64,000 nucleotides of DNA from Oscillospiraceae bacterium. GTDB lineage: Bacteria; Bacillota; Clostridia; Oscillospirales; JAGBHD01. Where the stretch lies: contig JAGBHD010000060.1 in NCBI GenBank assembly GCA_018110785.1, positions 11,238-75,237 of the forward strand, in the 5' to 3' direction. The stretch's first letter is position 1. Each line of letters begins with the position of its first letter. The notes beneath the pieces are model-generated. The model was not told where the DNA came from, did no database searches, and saw only the letters and a list, made by a program, of their open reading frames with translations. This document shows, one piece after another, positions 8,570-18,420 of this stretch. The position numbers and the translations under genes were made by a program.

Positions 8570-8947
8570 TCAAGTCTTACTCAGTTTCCCCAATATAAGA
8601 TTTATCGGAATACAAAGAAGTACCCACAAAACAGAATACAAAAGGCATATTTGCCCTAAAAAATTAAATTTCTGGTCGCTATAGTTCCAGACATGGAGAT
8701 TCATTTTCATATTAACGATAACGCCCGAAATAAATTCGACTACCGTTATGGCGGCACCGCCGAGGATACTTTTAAAAATAAGCGGAAGTTTTTTCCCGAC
8801 CTTATTTATTATATAGATAATAAGAAAGCTTATGCCGCCTGCAATAGTCATACTTATATGGCTATAGCCTCTCCATAAAAGCTCGATTACATTATAGCCG
8901 ACTCCTCCGACCGAAAACAAAAACGGATATTTTAATAGTTTTTTCAT
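8570..8947 (-). CDS. Small membrane protein, CmpB-like (putative ABC-transporter type IV family)
   Basis: 125 aa with 4 TM. The motif GGVGYNVIELLWRG is as I recall for PF06541-type proteins. Confidence 0.5.
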   Translation of the reverse strand: MKKLLKYPFLFSVGGVGYNVIELLWRGYSHISMTIAGGISFLIIYIINKVGKKLPLIFKSILGGAAITVVEFISGVIVNMKMNLHVWNYSDQKFNFLGQICLLYSVLWVLLCIPINLILGKLSKT

Positions 8948-9007
8948 TTTTACTTAGCCTCCCTTTTTGTTAGTTTTTCAAAAAGGGATTTTTATATTCC
9001 GTTTTGA

Positions 9008-9036
9008 TTGACAAAAGCCATATTTAATCTTAAAAT
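9008..9036 (+). promoter_or_regulatory. Sigma-A-type promoter (TTGACA-17-TAAAAT)
   Basis: Consensus -35 at 9008..9013 and -10 at 9031..9036. This argues that the downstream CDS starts at the ATG at 9062. Confidence 0.55.
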
Positions 9037-9061
9037 AGGTTTAAAGAAAGGCGGTTTTAAT

Positions 9062-10003
9062 ATGGCATACAGAATAAAAAACGATGTTTTTATGGGCGAA
9101 GAGGTCATTCGCATTGAAAACGATAGCAGTTATATTATAATAGACCCGAAATGGGGGGCTAACATACTTGCTTTCATTTGCGACGGGGTTTCTATTATAA
9201 ATTCCGACGAAGAAACTGTTAAAAATAAGGGATTTACAGGTTGCCCCGTTTTATACCCTACTCCTAATAGAGTAAAGGACTGCAAAACTTCTTATAACGG
9301 AAAAGAATATACCCAAACAAAAGACGGTAAACCACACATGCTCCACGGATATGCTTATTATAAGGAATTCGAGGTTGTAGATACTGAAATAACCGATAAT
9401 TTTGCATCTGTCAGCCTTTCGGTTAAAATTTCAGATGATAAAGAGGTTTTGTCGTCCTATCCTTTCGAAAACCGATTAGAGGTTAAATACATTTTAACCG
9501 AAAATTCTCTCAGAGTTGAGCACAAAGCAGAAAATCTATCCGAGAGCCCCATGCCTTACGGCTTTGGTTTACACCCTTATTTTTACTACAAGGGAGATGC
9601 CTTTTTCTCTATTCCCTCAGACAAATATGTTGAAACGACCGACAAGGTTATCCCGACACGAAACTTTCCTAATACACCCGATAAATTCGGAGATATAAAC
9701 AAAGGGATTTTAGCCTCAAGCGTTCAGCTTGATAACAACCTTATAAGAAGCGGAAACGAAAAGGCTGTTTTAACATTTACCGAAGAAAAGGTTAAAATTA
9801 CCTTTGATGCAAGCGAGAATTTCCGCCATTTCGTTGTTTATCACCCGAAAAATGCAAACTTTATCTGCATTGAAAACCAGACCTGCTCCATTGATGCTAA
9901 CAATCTTCTCTTAGAGGGCTTCGGCGAATATGCAAATCAGATAATAATTGAGCCGAAAAAAAGCGACAGTGGATATATCGAATACATAGTTGAAAAGGCA
10001 TAA
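9062..10003 (+). CDS. Aldose 1-epimerase (galactose mutarotase-like) family protein
   Basis: 313 aa from the ATG at 9062 (SD GAAAGG). Has mutarotase-like motifs YPTPNR, HGYAYY and GFGLHPYF. Confidence 0.7.
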   Translation: MAYRIKNDVFMGEEVIRIENDSSYIIIDPKWGANILAFICDGVSIINSDEETVKNKGFTGCPVLYPTPNRVKDCKTSYNGKEYTQTKDGKPHMLHGYAYYKEFEVVDTEITDNFASVSLSVKISDDKEVLSSYPFENRLEVKYILTENSLRVEHKAENLSESPMPYGFGLHPYFYYKGDAFFSIPSDKYVETTDKVIPTRNFPNTPDKFGDINKGILASSVQLDNNLIRSGNEKAVLTFTEEKVKITFDASENFRHFVVYHPKNANFICIENQTCSIDANNLLLEGFGEYANQIIIEPKKSDSGYIEYIVEKA

Positions 10004-10033
10004 AAAAAGCGGTGCTTCAAAGCACCGCTTTTT
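10002..10033. terminator. Bidirectional intrinsic terminator
   Basis: Stem GCGGTGCT / AGCACCGC with a 4-nt loop, flanked by A7 and T5, between convergent genes. Confidence 0.8.
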
Positions 10034-10040
10034 ATTTTAT

Positions 10041-11063
10041 TTATCTGGAAACTCTGCCTGAGCCGTCGCCGCCTGCTAACTTTTCAACCTCTGAAAGGGT
10101 TACCATATTAGCATCGCCCTCAATGGTGTGCTTAAGAGCAGAAGCTGCAACTGCAAACTCAACTGCATCTTTAGCGTTCTTTCCTGTTAACAAGGAATAG
10201 ATAAGTCCGCCGCCGAAGCTATCTCCGCCGCCAACTCTATCAACGATAGTAATGAGATAACGCTTAGAGAAGTTATACTCGCCGTTCATATAGAGCATTG
10301 CAGACCAACCGTTCTGAGAAGCCGAAATGGATTCTCTTAAAGTTATTGCAACTGCCTTTAAATTAAAGGTATCAGCTAACTTTTTAGCAACTTCCTTATA
10401 TCCCTCTCTGGAGATTTCGCCCGATGTAATATCGGTATTAGAAGCAGTTATTCCGAAAACGTCGGCTGCATCTTCTTCGTTTGCGATAACTACGTCGACA
10501 TACTCCATAAGGCCTGTCATAACAGATTTTGCTTTCTCTTTAGACCAGAGCTTTTTGCGGTAGTTTAAGTCGCAAGAGATTGTTATACCTCTCTCTTTAG
10601 CCGCAACGCATGCTTCTTTTGTTATCTCTGCCATTTCATCGGATAAAGCGGGGGTAATTCCTGTAAAATGGAACCACTCTGCGCCATCGAAAATTTCGTC
10701 CCAATTAAAATCGGAGGAAGCCGCTTTTGCGATAGCGGAGCCTGCGCGGTCATAAATAACGTTGGAAGCACGCTGAGAAGCTCCCTTTTCGCAGAAATAA
10801 AGACCGAGGCGCTCGCCGCCGCGAACTATTTTAGATGTATTAACTCCGAAACGGCGAAGGCTGTTTACACAAGCATCGCCAACTAAGTTATCGGGGATTT
10901 TACTTACAAATGCGGCATCTAAACCATAGTTTGCTAAAGAAACTGCAACGTTTGCTTCGCCGCCGCCATAGATTGCTTCAAAGCTATCAGCCTGAACTAT
11001 TCTTTTATAGCCTACGGGCTGAAGACGCATCATAATTTCGCCGAATGTTATTACTCTACTCAT
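10041..11063 (-). CDS. kdgK: 2-dehydro-3-deoxygluconokinase (PfkB family)
   Basis: 340 aa. The N-terminus VITFGEIMMRL and the GGGEANVAVSLA and DRVGGGDSF motifs are typical of KdgK. Overlaps eda by 4 nt. Confidence 0.88.
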   Translation of the reverse strand: MSRVITFGEIMMRLQPVGYKRIVQADSFEAIYGGGEANVAVSLANYGLDAAFVSKIPDNLVGDACVNSLRRFGVNTSKIVRGGERLGLYFCEKGASQRASNVIYDRAGSAIAKAASSDFNWDEIFDGAEWFHFTGITPALSDEMAEITKEACVAAKERGITISCDLNYRKKLWSKEKAKSVMTGLMEYVDVVIANEEDAADVFGITASNTDITSGEISREGYKEVAKKLADTFNLKAVAITLRESISASQNGWSAMLYMNGEYNFSKRYLITIVDRVGGGDSFGGGLIYSLLTGKNAKDAVEFAVAASALKHTIEGDANMVTLSEVEKLAGGDGSGRVSR

Positions 11064-11713
11064 TTCTTCAATTCCTCTCTTGCTTTATTTATGTTAGCCA
11101 AGAACTCCTTAGCAGTTGAAACTATTTTATCATACTCGCCTGTTTTAGCGCCCGCTGTTAAAGAGCCGCCTGCGCCAACTGCAACGGCGCCTGCCTTTAT
11201 CCACTCACCTACATTATTTTTATCAACTCCGCCTGTCGGCATAAATAACCCTTGGGGCAAAGGACCTTTTAAAGCTTTTATAATGTTAGGTCCGAAAAGG
11301 TCGCCGGGGAATACCTTTAATATATCAGCGCCTGCTTCGAGCGCTTCAACTGCCTCTTTAGGTGTTACAACACCGGGCATAACAGCTGTTCTGTAACGAT
11401 TGCAGAGCTTTACAACTTCTTTGGAGAACATAGGGCTTACAACGAATTCGGAACCGCTTAAAATTGCAATTCTTGCAGTTTCGCTATCTAAAACTGTTCC
11501 TGCGCCTACGATTATTTCTCCGCCCGAATATCTTTTAGCAAGAGATTCGATAACATTATGCGCAAAAGGAACTGTAAAAGTAAGCTCGATTGCGGCAACA
11601 CCGCCCTCTATACAAGCTTCGGTTATTCTTATTGCCTTTTCCTCGTTTTCTGCACGAACAACGGCAACTAATCCGACCTCTCTTATTCTCTCTATTACTT
11701 TTTCTTTATCCAT
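11060..11713 (-). CDS. eda: 2-dehydro-3-deoxyphosphogluconate / 4-hydroxy-2-oxoglutarate aldolase
   Basis: 217 aa class I KDPG aldolase pattern (AIELTF, GAGTV, KVFP). Confidence 0.88.
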   Translation of the reverse strand: MDKEKVIERIREVGLVAVVRAENEEKAIRITEACIEGGVAAIELTFTVPFAHNVIESLAKRYSGGEIIVGAGTVLDSETARIAILSGSEFVVSPMFSKEVVKLCNRYRTAVMPGVVTPKEAVEALEAGADILKVFPGDLFGPNIIKALKGPLPQGLFMPTGGVDKNNVGEWIKAGAVAVGAGGSLTAGAKTGEYDKIVSTAKEFLANINKAREELKK

Positions 11714-11771
11714 TTTAAAAAACTCCTTTCTCTCTACTTACATTTTACAATAAAGGATAAAAAAGTCAACC

Positions 11772-12980
11772 TTAATCTTTGCACATTAAGATTATTATTA
11801 CCTCTGTCATTTTCTCCATAGACTTTACAGGGATAAACTCATGAATGCTATGGAAATTAATTCCGCCCGTTGATAAATTAGGGCAAGGAAGTCCCATAAA
11901 GGAAAGTCTTGCGCCGTCTGTTCCGCCGCGGATTGCAACTACTTTCGGAGTTACACCATTTTTCTCCATAGCTTCTTTTGCAGAGTCTATAATATGCATA
12001 TGGGGAAGAATTTTCTCTTTCATATTATAATAGCTATCTGCCATATCGAGAACAAATGTTCCCTCGCCATAAACTCCGTTAAGATAGGAAACTAAATTTT
12101 CAATAAATTTCTTGCGGTTTTCGAATTTTTCTCTATCGTGGTCGCGGATTATGATATTTACCACCGCTTTGCTCTCATTCCCTGATATATCGCAAACATG
12201 ATAAAATCCTTCATAGCCCTCGGTATGCGCGGGGGTTTCGCTTTCGGGCAGCATAGAAATAAATTCACTCAACAAAAGGGCGGCATTTTTCATTTTATTT
12301 TTAGCGCTTCCCGGATGGATATTTATTCCGTTTACCGTTAATCGGACAGAAGCACCGTTGAAATTTTCATATTCGATTTCACCAAGCTCGCCGCCGTCGA
12401 TAGTATAGCCCCAAGCGGCAGAAAATTTTTCTATATCGAATTTATCTGCCCCTCTTCCGATTTCTTCATCGGGGGTTATAGCTATCGCTATAGGTCCGTG
12501 CTTAACATCGGGGTTATTTATAATATATTCTACCGCTGAAAAAATCTCAGCTATACCCGCCTTATCATCGGCTCCTAAAAGGGTATTACCATCGGTTACG
12601 ATAAGCTCTTCACCCAAATAGTCCGCTAAAATGGGATAGTCGGAAAGCTTAATTGAAACCGTTTCGGAAAGGGGGATATCTCCGCCCTCGTATTTTACAA
12701 TTTTAGGGCGAACATTCTCTCCGCTTACTGCGGGAGAGGTATCCATATGGGCAATAAATCCGATTCTCGGCTCATTTTCCAAGCCTTTTGATGCAGGAAT
12801 AAAGCCATATACATAGCCATCGGAATCCATATGGGCATTTTCTACGCCCATTTCGCAAAGCTCTTTTGCAAGGTATTCCCCTAAAATCTTTTGCTTTGCG
12901 GTTGAGGGGGTAGTTTCGCTTTCCTCGTCGGAACTCGTATCAAAGGAAACATATTTTAAAAATCTTTCGGTTACCGTCAT
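11772..12980 (-). CDS. pepT: Peptidase T (tripeptide aminopeptidase, M20B)
   Basis: 402 aa. The N-terminus ERFLKYVSFDTSSDEES and the HMDT and GADDKAG motifs are present. Confidence 0.9.
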   Translation of the reverse strand: MTVTERFLKYVSFDTSSDEESETTPSTAKQKILGEYLAKELCEMGVENAHMDSDGYVYGFIPASKGLENEPRIGFIAHMDTSPAVSGENVRPKIVKYEGGDIPLSETVSIKLSDYPILADYLGEELIVTDGNTLLGADDKAGIAEIFSAVEYIINNPDVKHGPIAIAITPDEEIGRGADKFDIEKFSAAWGYTIDGGELGEIEYENFNGASVRLTVNGINIHPGSAKNKMKNAALLLSEFISMLPESETPAHTEGYEGFYHVCDISGNESKAVVNIIIRDHDREKFENRKKFIENLVSYLNGVYGEGTFVLDMADSYYNMKEKILPHMHIIDSAKEAMEKNGVTPKVVAIRGGTDGARLSFMGLPCPNLSTGGINFHSIHEFIPVKSMEKMTEVIIILMCKD

Positions 12981-12989
12981 TTTTTCACC

Positions 12990-14057
12990 TTAAATGATAA
13001 TTAAATTTTTCGGGCTTTCGGTCAGGTTAATGCAGCCGTTTTCGGTTACATAAACCATATCCTCTATTCGGACTCCGAATTTATTTTCGAGATATATTCC
13101 GGGTTCTACTGTCATAACAGTTCCGGGGAGAAGTATTTCGTGGCAACGCATATTGAAATTGGGGTTTTCGTGAATTTCAATTCCAACACTGTGGCCGAGT
13201 CCGTGGCCAAAGTTATCGCCAAAGCCCGCTTCTGAGATTATATCTCTTGCTATTTTGTCTATCTGGGAGCATATTTTACCTGCGCTGATATTTTTTATAG
13301 CCTCTTCTTGCGCCTTTAAAACGGTTTCATAAACCAATCTTTGCTCATCGGACACGCATCCTACTGCTACAGTTCTTGTCATATCAGAGCGGTATCCGCC
13401 TGCGACGGCTCCGAAGTCCATTGTTATAAAATCGCCCTTTTCGATCATCTTATCGGTAGGAACGCCATGCGGCAGAGAGGAATTTTTGCCTGAAACTACG
13501 ATAAAATCGAAGGAAACTCCCTCGCTTCCGAGCTTTCTCATATAAAATTCCATATCAAGCATAACCTCTTTTTCGGTTCTGCCCGTCTCTATTCTCTCCA
13601 AAATATAAGAAAAGGTTTTATCGGTATAGCTCTGAGCTATTTTGATAAGCTCTAATTCCTCGCTTGTTTTAATGCTTCTCATTTTCTCCAAAAGCTTATC
13701 CATTTTATCATCGGAAGAAATCTCAATTCCAAAGGCTTCGCTATAGCTTTTTTCGGCAGAAACAGAGGTGGTATAGGTTTCGATATAGAGCTTATTTATA
13801 TTATTTGCCTTTAAAAGCTCGTCTATTTCATCATTAGTTCTGTTTGAAAGCTTTACCTCTAAGGCAGAAACTGTATTTTTAGCCTTTTCAAAATAGCGGA
13901 AATCTATTAAAAAATAAGCCTTTTCTTTCAAAACAAGAACAGTTCCCGCGCTGGAGCGAAAGCCCGTAAGATAAAATCGGTTATTCCCGTCGGTTACTAA
14001 GAGAGCTTCTTTGGCTCCCAGTTCCGACTGAACTTCTTTAATTCTTTTTTCTATCAT
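12990..14057 (-). CDS. Xaa-Pro aminopeptidase/dipeptidase (M24B)
   Basis: 355 aa with a creatinase-like N-domain and the M24 metal ligands (HGLGHSVGIEIHE, VEPG, EDMV). Confidence 0.85.
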   Translation of the reverse strand: MIEKRIKEVQSELGAKEALLVTDGNNRFYLTGFRSSAGTVLVLKEKAYFLIDFRYFEKAKNTVSALEVKLSNRTNDEIDELLKANNINKLYIETYTTSVSAEKSYSEAFGIEISSDDKMDKLLEKMRSIKTSEELELIKIAQSYTDKTFSYILERIETGRTEKEVMLDMEFYMRKLGSEGVSFDFIVVSGKNSSLPHGVPTDKMIEKGDFITMDFGAVAGGYRSDMTRTVAVGCVSDEQRLVYETVLKAQEEAIKNISAGKICSQIDKIARDIISEAGFGDNFGHGLGHSVGIEIHENPNFNMRCHEILLPGTVMTVEPGIYLENKFGVRIEDMVYVTENGCINLTESPKNLIII

Positions 14058-14069
14058 AGCTTAAACTCC

Positions 14070-15563
14070 TTATTCTATATTAGAAATAAATTTCATAAAG
14101 GCTTTCTTCCCCTCTGCCGTCCTTTTATAAACGCCCGCGTGGGAAAGCACCTCAGAAAACACCAAGCCTATTTCGTCTTCTATGATTTTATCTATATTCT
14201 CTTTATTTATATCTTCGTATTTTTCTTTAATTTCCTTTACCCAATCAGCATGAGCAGAAATTTTCTCATTTGAAGAAATATCCTCTTTTTCTAAAATACA
14301 GCGCTTTATTTCGGCTATTTCCCCTTTTAATCTTGCGGGTAAAACGGCAAGACCCATAACCTCGATTAAGCCTATATTTTCTTTTTTGATATGGTGAAGT
14401 TCCTTATGAGGGTGGTAAACTCCTAAGGGGTGCTCTTCTGTTGTTATATTGTTTCTTAATACCAAATCTAATTCGAAGCTTTCGCCGCGGCGACGGGCAA
14501 TCGGAGTTATTGTATTATGCTTTTCGCCATCGGTTTCAGAAAAGATAAAGGCTTCCTTATCGGTGTAATCGCGCCAAGACAAGAGAATTTTTTCTGCAAG
14601 GCTTATAACCTCTTCCTTGTTTTTTCCGTTTAAGCGGATAACCGACATAGGCCAGCGAACTATTCCCGCCTTTATATTTTCAAAGCCCTTAAAGGTAATT
14701 TCGGTTTCGATTTCGGCGCGAGCCATAGGAAACTCATAGTTTCCGCCCTGAAAATGATCGTGGCTTAAAATTGAGCCGCCTACTATCGGCAGATCAGCAT
14801 TCGAGCCTACGAAATAATGAGGGAAAAGCTCGGTAAAATCGAGAAGCTTCTTAAAGGCGCTTCTGTCTATCTTCATAGGGGTATGCTCCGCATTGAAAAC
14901 TATACAATGCTCGTTATAATAGCTATAGGGGGAATACTGCAAAAACCAATCGCTGTCGTTTATTGTTATAGGGATAATGCGATGATTCTGTCTTGCAGGG
15001 TGGTTTACTCTTCCGCTGTATCCCTCGTTTTCTCTGCAAAGCTGACATTTAGGATAGCCCGACTGCGGCAATAACTTCGCTGCTGCGATTGCCTTCGGGT
15101 CCTTTTCGGGTTTGGATAGATTTATTGTTATATCTATATCGCCATACTCGGTTGCGGTTTTCCATTTTAAATCCCTTTTTACGCGGTATGCTCTGATATA
15201 ATCGCAGTCCTGACAGAACTTATAAAATTCATCGGTTGCTTTTTTAGGGGATACCGAATAATCGTTATTAAATTTTCTTATAACCTCGCTCGGTCTTGGA
15301 GTTAAAACACCCATTAGCTTAGTGGAAAAAAGGTCTTTATAAACTATGCTGTTTTCAATGACACCCTTTTCTATAGCATAGCTTATTAAATCCTCTAAAA
15401 TATCTTCAAGCGGACGGAGCGATATGTTATCGGGAGAATCGGTATAATCCTCCTTTTTTAAAACCTCTAAAACTCGATTAACTAAATAAGCTCTGTCCTC
15501 TTTTTCGGTTAAATTTTTGCTTTCAGCGTAAATTATCAGTTCTTTAATTACTTTATCTATCAT
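14070..15563 (-). CDS. galT: UDP-glucose--hexose-1-phosphate uridylyltransferase (type 2 GalT)
   Basis: 497 aa Firmicute-type GalT with active-site SHDHFQGG. Confidence 0.88.
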   Translation of the reverse strand: MIDKVIKELIIYAESKNLTEKEDRAYLVNRVLEVLKKEDYTDSPDNISLRPLEDILEDLISYAIEKGVIENSIVYKDLFSTKLMGVLTPRPSEVIRKFNNDYSVSPKKATDEFYKFCQDCDYIRAYRVKRDLKWKTATEYGDIDITINLSKPEKDPKAIAAAKLLPQSGYPKCQLCRENEGYSGRVNHPARQNHRIIPITINDSDWFLQYSPYSYYNEHCIVFNAEHTPMKIDRSAFKKLLDFTELFPHYFVGSNADLPIVGGSILSHDHFQGGNYEFPMARAEIETEITFKGFENIKAGIVRWPMSVIRLNGKNKEEVISLAEKILLSWRDYTDKEAFIFSETDGEKHNTITPIARRRGESFELDLVLRNNITTEEHPLGVYHPHKELHHIKKENIGLIEVMGLAVLPARLKGEIAEIKRCILEKEDISSNEKISAHADWVKEIKEKYEDINKENIDKIIEDEIGLVFSEVLSHAGVYKRTAEGKKAFMKFISNIE

Positions 15564-15588
15564 TTCTATCCCTTTTTATGCAAAATTA

Positions 15589-15615
15589 TAGCCGCGCTAA
15601 ACTTTAGCGCGGCTA
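15589..15615 (-). terminator. Intrinsic terminator after the Cys/Asp-rich protein gene
   Basis: 12-bp stem AGCCGCGCTAAA / TTTAGCGCGGCT, followed by ATAATTTT on the minus strand. Confidence 0.65.
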
Positions 15616-15621
15616 ATTTTA

Positions 15622-16065
15622 TCATTCGCTCTTTTCGGTTGCTTCTTCGTCCTCAAGGTCGAATTCTAAATGCTCACCGCAGTTAGGGCAATCAATCTCG
15701 CCCTCATCAAGCATTGCCTCTGTAAGGCAAACGCTATCGCCGCAGGTTGGGCAAACAACCTCATAATACTCATCGCAATCACACTCTTCGCAATCATCGC
15801 AGTCGCAATCTCCGCACTCTCCATCGCAATCGCAATCATCATAGTCGTCGCAATAAAAGTCTTCTTCTAAAGAACCTAAGTCCTCGTCTAAGGTATCGGC
15901 GAGTTCTTCAAGCTCACAAACAGAATCATCTAAAAGCGCGATGGATTCTGCCATTTCATCAAGAATATCAGTAATTGCGGAAAAAACCTTTGCTTCCTTA
16001 GAGTCTTTAATCTCTAAACCGTCCATAAGGCCTTTTAAGTATCCTATTTTTTCCATCAATTCCAT
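15622..16065 (-). CDS. Acidic zinc-ribbon protein (CD1247 N-terminal-domain-like) with a Cys/Asp repeat insert
   Basis: 147 aa. A helical N-terminus is followed by CDDYDDCDCDGECGDCDCDDCEECDCD. The C-terminal zinc ribbon reads CPTCG...CPNCG. It keeps a conserved position next to efp. Confidence 0.6.
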   Translation of the reverse strand: MELMEKIGYLKGLMDGLEIKDSKEAKVFSAITDILDEMAESIALLDDSVCELEELADTLDEDLGSLEEDFYCDDYDDCDCDGECGDCDCDDCEECDCDEYYEVVCPTCGDSVCLTEAMLDEGEIDCPNCGEHLEFDLEDEEATEKSE

Positions 16066-16088
16066 TTGTTCTTTCTCCTTTATTTAAA

Positions 16089-16646
16089 TTATGCGCGTTC
16101 CATATACTCGCCTGTACGAGTATCGATGCGGATCATGTCGCCCTGATTGATAAAGAGCGGAACCTTGATCTGCGCGCCTGTTTCCAAAATAGCAGGCTTT
16201 GTAGCGTTTGTTGCGGTATCGCCTTTGAAGCCGGGATCGGTTTCTGTTACCTGCAATTCAACGAATGTAGGCGGCTCAATACCGAAAACATTTCCCTGAT
16301 AGGAAAGAATTTTGCATTCCATATTCTCTTTAACGAATTTAAAGTTATCAGAAAGCTGGCTCTGGTTAATCGGGAGCTGCTCATAGCTTTCAAGATCCAT
16401 AAAGTAATAAAGATCTCCATCGTTATAGAGATACTGCATATCTTTTCTCTCGATATATGCAGCAGGGAATTTATCTGTCGGGCTGAATGTTCTTTCTACT
16501 ACTGCCCCTGTGATAACGTTTTTAATTTTTGTTCTTACAAATGCTGCGCCTTTACCGGGCTTAACATGCTGAAATTCGACGATTTGATAAACACTTCCGT
16601 CTATATCAAATGTCATACCATTTCTGAAATCTCCTGCGGTTACCAT
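16089..16646 (-). CDS. efp: Translation elongation factor P
   Basis: 185 aa with [18 protein letters not shown] around the modified-Lys loop. Confidence 0.95.
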   Translation of the reverse strand: MVTAGDFRNGMTFDIDGSVYQIVEFQHVKPGKGAAFVRTKIKNVITGAVVERTFSPTDKFPAAYIERKDMQYLYNDGDLYYFMDLESYEQLPINQSQLSDNFKFVKENMECKILSYQGNVFGIEPPTFVELQVTETDPGFKGDTATNATKPAILETGAQIKVPLFINQGDMIRIDTRTGEYMERA

Positions 16647-16678
16647 AAATACCTCCGAAAATATATAAGTCTATCTGC

Positions 16679-16707
16679 ATTTTACCCTATTTTAACACCT
16701 TTTTCAA
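16679..16707 (-). promoter_or_regulatory. Putative promoter (TTGAAA-17-TAAAAT) of efp
   Basis: Hexamers at 16707..16702 and 16684..16679 with a 17-nt spacer. Confidence 0.45.
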
Positions 16708-16740
16708 GAGTTAATTGCAAATTTATTCCTATTTCTAAGA

Positions 16741-17589
16741 TTATTTGTTCGCTTCAAAGCATTTTTTCATATAAGCGGCATCCTCTGTTTGAGTTCCTGC
16801 AGACTCGCAGATAAAGGTCGGCTCTAAATTTTTCTTGAAAATAAGCTCCATTAAAACCTCGGGTGAGGGGCCGAATTTATCGTCTGCGAAGGTTAGATGC
16901 CTTACCTCTCCGCCCGCTGAATATTCTATTTTTGAAAAATGAGAATGGAAAACCTTTAATCTATCATATCCAAGCTCATTTTCTATCATATTTAAAATAT
17001 CTTCGTAATCGTTTATCGCTTTAATGCTTCCGAGCGTTCTCGCGTTAAGGTGTCCGAAATCTATGCAAGGGATAAAGCTATCGTTTACCTTGCAAAGCTC
17101 TATTACTTCATTTAGCGTTCCGAGCTGATTTATTTTGCCCATTGTTTCGGGGCATATATGAACATCGGAAAGGTTATTTTCTTTCAGCGCCATATAAGCG
17201 CTCGAAAGGGTTTCTTTTGCTAACGCCAAGGCTTCTTCTCTGGAAATTTTAGAGCAAGAGCCCGAATGAACAACTATTCGTTTTCCGCCGAGCATTTTAA
17301 CGGCACGCGCCGATTGCAAGATATAATCTATGCTTTTATCTCTTTTCTCTTTTTCTACTGACGATAGAGAAATATAATAAGGAGAATGAAGCGAAACGGT
17401 TATTCCTTTTTCTGAAAAGCCCTTATTTAAAATAGCAGCCTTGTCTTTATTAACATTAACCCCTCTGCCGCATTGATATTCAAAGGCATTGAGAGAAAAG
17501 GAAGATAAGTATTCAGGCAAAGAGGTACTATCCTTATAGCCTAAAGCTTTAAAGCTATCGGCTGTTCCTGCGGGGCCGAATTTAATCAT
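16741..17589 (-). CDS. TIM-barrel AP-endonuclease-2 family protein (endonuclease IV-like)
   Basis: 282 aa. The motifs HSPYYISL, VVHSG, CPETMG, CIDFGH and HSHFS parallel the Nfo metal-binding motifs. Confidence 0.7.
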   Translation of the reverse strand: MIKFGPAGTADSFKALGYKDSTSLPEYLSSFSLNAFEYQCGRGVNVNKDKAAILNKGFSEKGITVSLHSPYYISLSSVEKEKRDKSIDYILQSARAVKMLGGKRIVVHSGSCSKISREEALALAKETLSSAYMALKENNLSDVHICPETMGKINQLGTLNEVIELCKVNDSFIPCIDFGHLNARTLGSIKAINDYEDILNMIENELGYDRLKVFHSHFSKIEYSAGGEVRHLTFADDKFGPSPEVLMELIFKKNLEPTFICESAGTQTEDAAYMKKCFEANK

Positions 17590-18076
17590 ATTCTCTTTCT
17601 CCTTTCAGAATTATTCTCTCCAAAACTCTTTTAAAGCGCAAGAATTTTCCGCTTTCTCTATGAAAAGGCTCAACCATAACCGACATAATTCGAAGTCGGT
17701 TAGCTCCCCAGATATCGGTAAAAAGCTGGTCGCCTATCGAGGCGGTTTTTTCCTTTTCCCAATTAAATCTTCTAAGCACCTCTTTATAGCCTTTTAAAAG
17801 GGGCTTTCCTGCACCCGGAACAAAGGGAATCTCTAATTTTTCAGCAAACGGCAAAACACGATGAGGCTTATTATTAGAAAGAAGCGCCATATCTATCCCG
17901 TTTTCTTTCATTTTAGAAAGCCAAGCTAAAACCTCCTCGGAAATTTCCTGACTGTCGTGATAGGAAAGGGTATTATCTATATCTAAAATTAAATGACAAA
18001 TACCGTTATTCCGAAAAAAATCTACGGGTATTTCAAAAATTCTCCGAAATTTATACTGCGGCTTTAATATTCCCAT
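17582..18076 (-). CDS. yqeG: YqeG-family HAD-IIIA phosphatase
   Basis: 164 aa with the LILDIDNTL nucleophile motif and GDQLFTDI. Confidence 0.8.
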   Translation of the reverse strand: MGILKPQYKFRRIFEIPVDFFRNNGICHLILDIDNTLSYHDSQEISEEVLAWLSKMKENGIDMALLSNNKPHRVLPFAEKLEIPFVPGAGKPLLKGYKEVLRRFNWEKEKTASIGDQLFTDIWGANRLRIMSVMVEPFHRESGKFLRFKRVLERIILKGEREYD

Positions 18077-18089
18077 TATTATCCCTTCT

Positions 18090-18128
18090 TTTCAAAACGA
18101 AAAGCGGGCAAATATAATTTGCCCGCTT
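18090..18128 (-). terminator. Intrinsic terminator after rpsU
   Basis: 12-bp stem AAGCGGGCAAAT / ATTTGCCCGCTT, followed by TTCGTTTTG. Confidence 0.75.
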
Positions 18129-18137
18129 CGGTTTTAA

Positions 18138-18314
18138 TTATTTGAACTTGCGCTTACGAGCAGCTTCAGACTTTTTCTTTCTTCTGACGGAAGGCTTCTC
18201 ATAATGCTCGCGTTTACGAACTTCTGCAAGAACGCCTGCTCTTGCACACTGCCTTTTGAAACGCTTTAAGGCATTGTCAAGAGATTCGTTCTCCTTCAAT
18301 CTTACTTCACTCAT
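18138..18314 (-). CDS. rpsU: 30S ribosomal protein S21
   Basis: 58 aa from the ATG at 18314 (SD GGGAGGG 7 nt upstream). Sequence: [21 protein letters not shown]... Confidence 0.9.
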   Translation of the reverse strand: MSEVRLKENESLDNALKRFKRQCARAGVLAEVRKREHYEKPSVRRKKKSEAARKRKFK

Positions 18315-18373
18315 TTTATTTCCCTCCCTTGAAGCCAAACTGGCTGGGAAAATCCCAAACTTATCATTTATTT

Positions 18374-18403
18374 AGTATAATATATAAACCGCCCGTCTGT
18401 CAA
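18374..18403 (-). promoter_or_regulatory. Putative rpsU promoter (TTGACA-18-TATACT)
   Basis: Hexamers at 18403..18398 and 18379..18374. Confidence 0.45.
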
Positions 18404-18420
18404 GAGTTTTCTTAAAATTA

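Noticed and set aside
9008-9061. Upstream TTG start for the aldose-epimerase-like gene
   Set aside because: The TTG is the first base of a TTGACA-17-TAAAAT promoter. The ATG at 9062 has an SD and begins the conserved part of the protein.
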